From IMG/VR virus record IMGVR_UViG_3300008110_007313: a stretch of 64,000 bases of DNA; one strand, written 5' to 3'. Made by a program: the position numbers and the translations under genes. Below, piece by piece: positions 57,292 to 64,000 of the stretch. The stretch is from a virus (taxonomy: Duplodnaviria; Caudoviricetes). Each line of letters opens with the position of its first letter. Within the stretch, counting starts at the first letter, position 1. The notes beneath the pieces are model-generated. The model saw only the letters and a program-made list of their open reading frames with translations, had not been told where the DNA came from and searched no databases.

Positions 57292-57413
57292 GCATTACTC
57301 CTTGTTTTTAATGTATTCTAATTATAGCAAAAGGCGAATTATTGGTCAACCACAGGATATAGGAATATATTAGTAGAAACCACTAGTGGTAAATACTGAG
57401 AAGGAAAACAAAC

Positions 57414-57584
57414 ATGACCGCAACCATAGCACGACTACTGGAACGCCTGGCTGAAATGTTCCCCAAGCAAGATTATCAATCACGTTTGGACCGCTACCTG
57501 AACAGCAAAAATGTTCAAAGCACGGCCGAGTTAGAGCACTGGGCACGCCAGTACGATCACAACCAACGCGGGTGGTCAATATGA
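57414..57584 (+). CDS. DUF3563-like small protein (not in ORF track)
   Basis: LLERLAEMFPKQDYQSRLDRYL..AELEHW.RQYD; TAAATA and SD AAGGA upstream. Confidence 0.6.
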   Translation: MTATIARLLERLAEMFPKQDYQSRLDRYLNSKNVQSTAELEHWARQYDHNQRGWSI

Positions 57585-57673
57585 AAAAAGCACTGCAAAC
57601 AATTGTGGATTTTTTTATTGAGTACGGCGAATACCGAGCCAAGACTTACCACAAGTACAAGTCTTGGTATTGA
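57581..57673 (+). CDS. 30-aa peptide (not in ORF track)
   Basis: ATGA-coupled; MKKALQTIVDFFIEYGEYRAK. Confidence 0.5.
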   Translation: MKKALQTIVDFFIEYGEYRAKTYHKYKSWY

Positions 57674-57684
57674 CTAAAATCTGG

Positions 57685-57933
57685 TCAACTTGGACGTAAT
57701 AACCAGCCTTGGCCAGAAATTCGATGATACCAGCAATAAAAAGGTTCATCGATGATCAATTTGTAGTTTTTGCATAGATGCCAATATTTTGGCAAAATTT
57801 CCATGCCATCAATAAACACTGTGTCTGTGCTGGAAAACTGCAAGACATCATGTAGCCCTGCACGACTCAAGACTCCGTTGCATTCTATATCCAAGTGGTA
57901 GTCAGTACCCAGCAGATCGAAAAAGTTGTTCAT
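57685..57933 (-). CDS. Hypothetical protein
   Basis: EPFYCWYHRISGQGWLL; downstream of the radical SAM gene. Confidence 0.55.
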   Translation of the reverse strand: MNNFFDLLGTDYHLDIECNGVLSRAGLHDVLQFSSTDTVFIDGMEILPKYWHLCKNYKLIIDEPFYCWYHRISGQGWLLRPS

Positions 57934-59176
57934 ACTCTGGTAGATAGTCTAAGATGCTGTTTTTGCGATTGCCTTCGAGCTGTTTTAAAAACTGCACCAA
58001 GTCTGGCAAGCGATGACTTTCGTCTGGTTTGTTTTTCAAGTAGTTTACATAACTCTGTAAATCTTGTACGACCTGTTGCTGGGCAACGTTAGGGTTTCGT
58101 ATGTTTATTATGGTTTCAGAATCAACAGTATGTTGGTCAACCCAGTGCTGTAGCTCATCAATAATATGCTGTCTATATTCAATTGGCAACACCGCAGGTC
58201 TCAAACATTCTGGCTGATTTAAAAAATTACAACTTTCCACAGTGATGTTGTGATTCCAGGCATATTCATAAATTTCCAACATGTGTCCAACTGTGAGTGC
58301 AGTGGGGGTAATTCTAAATTGGGTAAGCCATTCATGTTCTTTAGCCACAGCAAGCCAACGATTCATGGTCTCAAACACTGTAGACAAGCTCACAGGGTAA
58401 CGAACGTAATCATTAACGTGTTTGAAACTTTCTACGCTCATTCCAAGATTTACGCCCTGGAACTGTTTCAGCAAATCAACAACATCGTCGCGCCAGACAC
58501 CAAGGTTGGTTGTAAATCCAACAGTGGCGGTGCGATGCAAGCCGGCGTGAATCAACGCTTCAAGAATAATCTTAAACGCAGGAGTGATCAGTGTTTCGCC
58601 GCCAATGAAATGTAGATACTGTATGTGCGGACTAGAAACAAGGGCGTCAACTAGTCGTTGCACCAATACAGGATCGTCGGTCCAATTGGCAGGTACATTA
58701 TCGCTGACTATTCCAATCTTTTTAAATTCAGCAGCCAGACGAGAACTCGAATGAGGGCTACAAAACACACAGGCGCCGTTGCAATAATTGCCAAGGTCTA
58801 TTTGCCAGTCCTGGGGCATTTGTGTGGTTGTAGCACCTTTGGCAAATTCCTTGGACCAAGGGCTAGATACCAGTGTTTTTTCAAACTGTTCGATACGAAC
58901 ACCTATTTTCAGCAACTGTTTTTGTCGGCCGCTGACTTTGTTGTGTTGCTCCATCTGTGTGCAGTCAGCACAGCCCACTGGCAATTCACCATTGAGAAAC
59001 TGTTGCCTGACCGCAGACATTTGATGCTGAAAGAACTCTGCCGGTGTTGCAGTGCGTATACTGCCAGCAGAATTTCTTTGATCTTTGGTAGCCCAACGAC
59101 AGTACTCATAGTGGCCAGCATTGTTGATTCTCATATGCAGCCAAGGGCTAGAACAGAAGTTGGACTTTAAATTCAT
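57902..59176 (-). CDS. Radical SAM enzyme with N-terminal twitch/SPASM-like Cys domain
   Basis: FCSSPW..C..GCADC; GNYCNGACVFC; FIGGET. Confidence 0.88.
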   Translation of the reverse strand: MNLKSNFCSSPWLHMRINNAGHYEYCRWATKDQRNSAGSIRTATPAEFFQHQMSAVRQQFLNGELPVGCADCTQMEQHNKVSGRQKQLLKIGVRIEQFEKTLVSSPWSKEFAKGATTTQMPQDWQIDLGNYCNGACVFCSPHSSSRLAAEFKKIGIVSDNVPANWTDDPVLVQRLVDALVSSPHIQYLHFIGGETLITPAFKIILEALIHAGLHRTATVGFTTNLGVWRDDVVDLLKQFQGVNLGMSVESFKHVNDYVRYPVSLSTVFETMNRWLAVAKEHEWLTQFRITPTALTVGHMLEIYEYAWNHNITVESCNFLNQPECLRPAVLPIEYRQHIIDELQHWVDQHTVDSETIINIRNPNVAQQQVVQDLQSYVNYLKNKPDESHRLPDLVQFLKQLEGNRKNSILDYLPEYEQLFRSAGY

Positions 59177-59799
59177 CAGGTTCGGTTTTCTACAATCTTA
59201 TCAGCAAGACCCATATTTACTGCTTCTTGTGCTGACAGGAAAGTATCGAACTTCATGAGCTGGTAAAACTCGTCGTAGGTCTTGCCTGCGGTGTTGTGTT
59301 TGACATACAACTCAGTGAGTCGACGATTTACCCGCTGACTTTCTTCAAACGCACGTTTTGAGTCTTCAAATTGCAGTTCTTGCACATGCACTGAACCACG
59401 AGTGCCCGGGGTACCAGAACTAACACGATGAATCATAGTGCGGCTTTCAGGCAGTACAAATCGTTTGCCCGCGGCACCTGCTTGTGCTAAAAATGAACCC
59501 ATAGAGCAAGCTTGACCAATCACAATGGTATGCACATCAGGACGAATAAACTGCATGGTATCGTAGATGGCCAGGCCGGCTGACACTGACCCACCGGGCG
59601 AGTTGATGTAAAAACTGATGTCTTTGTCAGGGTCTTCGGCTTCTAAAAACAGCAACTGGGCCACAATCAAACTGGCAGTATGCTCGTTTACATCTGTGTC
59701 CAACATCACCACGCGGTCTCGTAGCAAGCGACTGTAGATGTCGTAGCTACGCTCGCCTTTTGAGGTTTGTTCAACAACCATGGGGATCAAACTGGGCAT
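59176..59799 (-). CDS. clpP: ClpP protease (paralogue 1)
   Basis: [44 protein letters not shown]; start moved to 59799. Confidence 0.95.
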   Translation of the reverse strand: MPSLIPMVVEQTSKGERSYDIYSRLLRDRVVMLDTDVNEHTASLIVAQLLFLEAEDPDKDISFYINSPGGSVSAGLAIYDTMQFIRPDVHTIVIGQACSMGSFLAQAGAAGKRFVLPESRTMIHRVSSGTPGTRGSVHVQELQFEDSKRAFEESQRVNRRLTELYVKHNTAGKTYDEFYQLMKFDTFLSAQEAVNMGLADKIVENRT

Positions 59800-59860
59800 A
59801 AATTCTCCTATGTTAAGTAATGCGTTAGGATAAGTATAACATATTCTTCCGGAAAACACA

Positions 59861-61405
59861 ATGAGAGACCTGCTCAATATACTCGACTCAGTACTCAATG
59901 AGGTAACAATTTCCAAGGCCAAATATGGTCCTGGCACCCAGTTCTCGCTCAGTGGTGGCGCGGCTGGGCAAAAAATGCTGGCCATGATGCAACAGCAGGA
60001 ATTTGACCCTACTCCTCCCTTAACCATGCAAGATGTCAACAGCATGAGCAACGAAGAAATTCTTGGTTTGCCCACGGTCACTGTGGGTTCAGGTCCTGAT
60101 GGTTATGTGTTTTCCAACAACGCTGGTCAAATGCTGTTGGTAACCGGCAGTGCCAGTGCTATTGGTCCCATGTTCAATGCCTACAGTGGTGCAGGTGCTC
60201 AGTCCGACGACGCCGAAGGTAAGATTGCTAACCGTGGAGAAACTTCTGAAGGTATTTTAGGAGCTGCCATGTTTGCCAAGTTCACCAAACGTGAACCCAA
60301 TGAAGAAATTGGCACAGTAACACCGCAAGATATTAACACAGTGCTTGACAATCTCAAACAAACCGGCGAAGATCAATACGAAGTCGAAGTACAAGATTTT
60401 GATAATAAACATGCTGACTCAGTGACCTTTGTGTTGAGACTGAAGTCAGGACCTTATGCAGATTTGATGGATCCCGCCAAACGCGGACTGTTGGCCAACG
60501 AGTTTTCCAGTGCCGCAGGCTACGTCAACAGTGCCGATGCCGAACGCTACAGTCGTTACTTTTATATCAACGGCAAAGCAGATCAGATTGTGATCATGGC
60601 CGACGGAGTCACTGGTGAAAAAACACAAAAGACTGATGTCTGGGTCTACGTCACAGATGAAAATGGGCAGCCGCGCAAACTACGACTCAACACCAGTTTG
60701 AAAGTTGGGGGTATTGGACAGTTTGGTCAGGTAGGTGGAGACAGCGAAGAAACACAACAGACCTTGTGGAACTACTTTGGTATTGATGTTGATCCGGCCT
60801 TGAAGAATTTTGGAACCAAGGTCAAAAAAGATCCACGACAAGCTTTCAAAAATGTGTACCAATATGCAGCCAAACAAATTGACGATCAACTGCAAGGTGC
60901 TGATGCTGACCAAGAAGCTGCTGTGATCAACAACATTGCACAGGGTATCACACACTTTGCTACCTTGGGCGATCCTCGAGTCGAACTGGTAGACTTCAAC
61001 AAAGGTGGATTCAAAATTCTAAGGTTCAACAATCTGGTGCAAAAATTGCAAACTGTTAATCTAGCAGCCAGTTATGTAGACGACAAAAAATGGCCTGAGG
61101 TTTCAATTCACGAACGTGGCAATCCCAAAAACAAACTGCTTACCGTGCGCATGAAAATTGAAAACAAGCCCACTAAGAAAAACCCTGATGCACTGTACAT
61201 CCGCAACTATATTGAAAAAGAATCTTTGTTGGAAAAGCTCACTGAATATCGCAGAGCTAGTTGGGACGAAGCCGGTGGTGTAAGTACAGATGATTTAGAT
61301 CAACAGTTGAAAAAACCACGACTGCGTGGTCCTGGCGCCAAAGCAGCACAACGATCAGTGGAACCCAAGACTGACGTTGAGACTTTGGGGAGGAAAAAAC
61401 GATGA
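59861..61405 (+). CDS. Putative virion-packaged protein with possible PD-(D/E)xK nuclease motif
   Basis: [30 protein letters not shown]. Confidence 0.45.
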   Translation: MRDLLNILDSVLNEVTISKAKYGPGTQFSLSGGAAGQKMLAMMQQQEFDPTPPLTMQDVNSMSNEEILGLPTVTVGSGPDGYVFSNNAGQMLLVTGSASAIGPMFNAYSGAGAQSDDAEGKIANRGETSEGILGAAMFAKFTKREPNEEIGTVTPQDINTVLDNLKQTGEDQYEVEVQDFDNKHADSVTFVLRLKSGPYADLMDPAKRGLLANEFSSAAGYVNSADAERYSRYFYINGKADQIVIMADGVTGEKTQKTDVWVYVTDENGQPRKLRLNTSLKVGGIGQFGQVGGDSEETQQTLWNYFGIDVDPALKNFGTKVKKDPRQAFKNVYQYAAKQIDDQLQGADADQEAAVINNIAQGITHFATLGDPRVELVDFNKGGFKILRFNNLVQKLQTVNLAASYVDDKKWPEVSIHERGNPKNKLLTVRMKIENKPTKKNPDALYIRNYIEKESLLEKLTEYRRASWDEAGGVSTDDLDQQLKKPRLRGPGAKAAQRSVEPKTDVETLGRKKR

Positions 61406-62250
61406 GAGCACAAGAATTTGCAACTGAAGCACAAGAACTAGATGAGATAGTACGCCTGGGTGCTGCTGGGTTCAGTGGTGGTAAAGGATATCTCAACTCC
61501 TATGGCAGAGAAAAGTCAGTGCGTGAACTTCCTGGTGGCAGTGGACTATTGTATAGCGTGACCAAAGACAGTGGTGATTTCATAATCAAAATGTGGGATC
61601 CTGTCAACAAAGGTGAATTTCAACCAGCACCTATAGGTCCTCGTCCGTCATATTATACTAGACGTGAATGGCAAAGCAGAATTGAATACCTGCAACAACG
61701 AGATGTTCGACGCAAGGCAGAGTTTGATCGAGCTCCTGGTAACCTGATTGGACAACTTACAGTTGATAGCGTGGGTCGCAGTTTCCCCATGCCTGGTGCT
61801 GTGCAAGTAGGAACAATCACTGTGGATGAAGACTATCGCGGTGGCGGTATTGCCAAAGCATTGTATGGCATAGTACTGACCATAATGAAACGTCCCTTAC
61901 TGGCGGGCACCAGTCAAACGCCCGGCGGTCGTAAAAACTGGCTGAGCCTGAGTCAGATCCCTGGCGTGCAAATGAAAGGATATTTCAGCATAGATGACGA
62001 TGAACTAGATACTGATCCAAGAATTAACAACCCAAGAAGTTCTAAACGAGCGGATCAGAACATTGATACCATCATGGGCAAGCTGGGCGGAGAATATATA
62101 GGACAAGGCTATGATGGACATTATTTTGCCTTTGATGTCAAACCAAACACCTCCAAGCAAGAACTTGAATCATACATAAACACAAATCTAAGCCGAGTCT
62201 ACGGCGGTGGTTATGGTTCGGGTGGCCTATACGCTGTTTGGACTGGCTGA
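61402..62250 (+). CDS. Putative virion-packaged GNAT acetyltransferase
   Basis: [27 protein letters not shown] (acetyl-CoA motif A); QTPGGRKNW. Confidence 0.65.
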   Translation: MRAQEFATEAQELDEIVRLGAAGFSGGKGYLNSYGREKSVRELPGGSGLLYSVTKDSGDFIIKMWDPVNKGEFQPAPIGPRPSYYTRREWQSRIEYLQQRDVRRKAEFDRAPGNLIGQLTVDSVGRSFPMPGAVQVGTITVDEDYRGGGIAKALYGIVLTIMKRPLLAGTSQTPGGRKNWLSLSQIPGVQMKGYFSIDDDELDTDPRINNPRSSKRADQNIDTIMGKLGGEYIGQGYDGHYFAFDVKPNTSKQELESYINTNLSRVYGGGYGSGGLYAVWTG

Positions 62251-62252
62251 GC

Positions 62253-62825
62253 CTAGCGAGACAACTGGCTGATGTGGTCACAGATACCTAGTTTGAGTGC
62301 TTCTTCGGCACTCAAGTAAACATCATGTGGGGGCAATAGGTACTGTTTGATTTCGTCTTCACTCAGTCCGGTACAACTCACATAGTGATTGACCATGCGT
62401 GTTTGTGTGAGTCCAAACTCTTTCATTGTGGCCAACAGTTCATGATGTTTACCATCACTGCCCCAGGCATACTGATGACTCATGATTGACGTGTTGGGAG
62501 TAAGTGTTCTGCGCCCTGCACTTCCTGCCAAAAAGATCAGCAATCCTGCTGATGCAATCTGTCCCAGACCCACTGTTTTGATAGCTATGTTGGAACTGCG
62601 CATCACATCAATCAAGGCAAATGCGGCACTCATGTCTCCACCTTCGCTACAGATCATCAACAGTAGTTCTTTTTTCTTTTTCTTGGTCACAAAGTTTTCG
62701 TACAAAATCCATTCTACTATGGGCGCGATACTGTCTTGTGTGACTTCGTCCATGAACACATACATGCCGTTGTCATGCAGTGCTTCACTGTGGTTGGTTT
62801 CTGGTACGTTGGTGTCTTGAGCCAT
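62253..62825 (-). CDS. ClpP-like protease (paralogue 2)
   Basis: ICSEGG, GQIASAG, MSHQ, DVYLSAEEA. Confidence 0.85.
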   Translation of the reverse strand: MAQDTNVPETNHSEALHDNGMYVFMDEVTQDSIAPIVEWILYENFVTKKKKKELLLMICSEGGDMSAAFALIDVMRSSNIAIKTVGLGQIASAGLLIFLAGSAGRRTLTPNTSIMSHQYAWGSDGKHHELLATMKEFGLTQTRMVNHYVSCTGLSEDEIKQYLLPPHDVYLSAEEALKLGICDHISQLSR

Positions 62826-62840
62826 GTTTTATAAAAGAAA

Positions 62841-62862
62841 AAAGCAGCCCGGAGGCTGCTTC
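62841..62862 (-). terminator. Intrinsic terminator overlapping a late promoter
   Basis: aagcagcc-tccg-ggctgctt followed by TTTTCTTTT on the minus strand. Confidence 0.8.
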
Positions 62863-62876
62863 TATTTATGGGCAGT

Positions 62877-63452
62877 TTATTCAGTGCGTTTGCCTTGTGT
62901 GTCAAGTTCTTTGAAAGCCGCATCTGACTGTCGCTGTACTTGATTTTGTGCACGAATTTGATCACGGCGTTGTTGTATTTGATTGGCAGTGCCTGTGGGC
63001 AAAGCAACCAACACATAACTACGGAATCTAGCGCCTTCGGCCAATCGTTTTACTTCTACAATTTCAGCACCTGTTATGTCCACGGTACGACACATTGATC
63101 GAATTGCAACCGAGCTATTTTCCACACTTTGTTCGCCTACGTCAGCACGGAATAGCTTGGAGTTTTTGTCTACTTCTCCACCAGCGGCCATGCAAATTTT
63201 ACCAAAAGCTACTGTTTTAGCCTTTTCGTCAGCCATGGACAAATCTGCACTGACCGCACTACCGTTGGCATAAACAGCGGCGTTGGATTTGGGCAATTCA
63301 GTCATCCACTTAGGTGCCTTGTCGATAGCTCGTTCAGCATATTGCTCACGCTTCTGCGTTTCTTCGTAGGCCCTGCGTTCATACGTTTCTTTGGGAGCGG
63401 AACTGCAAGCAGAGAGAGCAGCCACAGCAATAAGTGTAATAAAATGTTTCAT
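62877..63452 (-). CDS. Lipoprotein (LPP20-like)
   Basis: Lipobox LSAC; PKWM..Y..G. Confidence 0.7.
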   Translation of the reverse strand: MKHFITLIAVAALSACSSAPKETYERRAYEETQKREQYAERAIDKAPKWMTELPKSNAAVYANGSAVSADLSMADEKAKTVAFGKICMAAGGEVDKNSKLFRADVGEQSVENSSVAIRSMCRTVDITGAEIVEVKRLAEGARFRSYVLVALPTGTANQIQQRRDQIRAQNQVQRQSDAAFKELDTQGKRTE

Positions 63453-63462
63453 AGATTTGTCC

Positions 63463-63585
63463 TTAACGTGATTTAACCCAATCGCCAGCTTTTTTCAAGT
63501 CATCGCCGGCACCACCTACCAAACCGCCTACAGTACCACATGCAGACAGCACAAACGCAACAGCCAAGATTGCGATATGTTTCAT
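63463..63585 (-). CDS. Entericidin-like small lipoprotein (not in ORF track)
   Basis: MKHIAILAVAFVLSACGTVGGLVGGAGDDLKKAG. Confidence 0.65.
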   Translation of the reverse strand: MKHIAILAVAFVLSACGTVGGLVGGAGDDLKKAGDWVKSR

Positions 63586-63612
63586 AAAAACTCCAAAGTT
63601 ATAAAGATACTG

Positions 63613-64000
63613 TTATTGTACACGAGGAGACTGTTTGATGTCAACCACTAACCAGCGATTGTCAGTGGTTTGGCAAATTATCCCGCCGATGCGACCAGAA
63701 GGGTGTTTGAATTCCAAACAGGTACTACCAGGATACTGTTGGTGACTGAATGGTCGTCGACCATGATTGTACAACGGAAATTCGTGCAGTTGTCCAGCAT
63801 ACCCCACAGCATACACTGTGTTTATTCTTGGGGTTCCCACTTCTGGGGAGTCATTGCAGTTCAGGGTTTTACGACTGGCCACTTGGATACTGCCAATTTG
63901 TTCGTGTATGGCGTCTTTGGCTCGCTGTGTGGCCATGGTACAAGCTTCCGAAGCTGGCCTGCCATCTGCCCAGGCAAAACGACCAGTGCCTACGAATTCC
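63613..64000 (-). CDS. Hypothetical protein, 5'-partial
   Basis: Frame stays open to the window edge upstream of the listed ATG. Confidence 0.55.
   Translation of the reverse strand, partial: EFVGTGRFAWADGRPASEACTMATQRAKDAIHEQIGSIQVASRKTLNCNDSPEVGTPRINTVYAVGYAGQLHEFPLYNHGRRPFSHQQYPGSTCLEFKHPSGRIGGIICQTTDNRWLVVDIKQSPRVQ

Larger units (their letters stand above)
2214..62868. promoter_or_regulatory. Dispersed T4-like late promoter core TAAATA
   Basis: Minus strand: 2214, 6196, 8335, 11111, 17012, 26458, 29815, 35114, 41100, 54555, 62863. Plus strand: 6130, 11225, 11998, 26503, 54585, 57390. All lie just upstream of genes. Confidence 0.75.
13539..63644 (-). promoter_or_regulatory. Dispersed sigma70-type promoters (about 20)
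   Basis: -10..-35 spans: 13539-13567, 18356-18385, 31968-31996, 34770-34798, 35636-35664, 36631-36659, 37354-37382, 37974-38002, 38317-38345, 38629-38657, 39108-39136, 45550-45578, 46986-47014, 47647-47675, 53461-53489, 53849-53878, 56469-56497, 56894-56922, 57321-57349, 63615-63644. Confidence 0.85.

Noticed and set aside
58250-59170. Plus-strand ORFs of 121 and 170 aa
   Set aside because: Antisense to a well-supported radical SAM gene
59800-60081. N-terminal extension of ClpP in the ORF track
   Set aside because: Overlaps the plus-strand gene; canonical ClpP start and SD are at 59799
1-64000. Stop-codon reassignment (TAG stops appear rare)
   Set aside because: Conserved genes (phoH, nadE, clpP, clamp loader) are full length in code 11, and the DnaE fragment ends in TAA
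1-64000. tRNA, tmRNA or rRNA genes
   Set aside because: No cloverleaf or T-loop/CCA pattern seen in the few intergenic gaps; tRNAscan-SE or ARAGORN would confirm

Overview
64 kb from a large lytic tailed dsDNA phage (T4-superfamily/jumbo-like myovirus), mostly encoded on the minus strand and translating cleanly in code 11. The Bug-family binding protein, ErpA, PBP7-like enzyme and DUF3563-like peptide suggest a betaproteobacterial host (inference). Contents: (1) 0-11 kb, putative internal head/cargo proteins with T4-like capsid-targeting N-termini, spanins, and a late cluster encoding an amidinotransferase, a 2OG oxygenase, two sulfotransferase-like proteins, a Bug protein and a methyltransferase; (2) 11-18 kb, PhoH, HAD nucleotidase, clamp loader, GroES and an isolated DnaE fragment; (3) 18-29 kb, baseplate and fibre genes; (4) 29-35 kb, ErpA, Mn-SOD, IF-1, SleB-like hydrolase, NadE and a histone H1-like protein; (5) 35-57 kb, an early plastic region built on repeated sigma70 promoter cassettes, with GGCT, a B12 radical SAM enzyme, an AT-rich RM-like island, a PBP7-like peptidase and a phosphoesterase; (6) 57-64 kb, a twitch radical SAM enzyme, two ClpP paralogues, putative virion-targeted nuclease and GNAT proteins, and lipoproteins. 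Two promoter classes are visible: TTGACN-17/18-TA[TC]AAT and late TAAATA, often 4-7 nt before an ATG with no SD. No tRNA, rRNA or CRISPR array was recognised. All family calls come from motif recognition by eye; no database searches were run.
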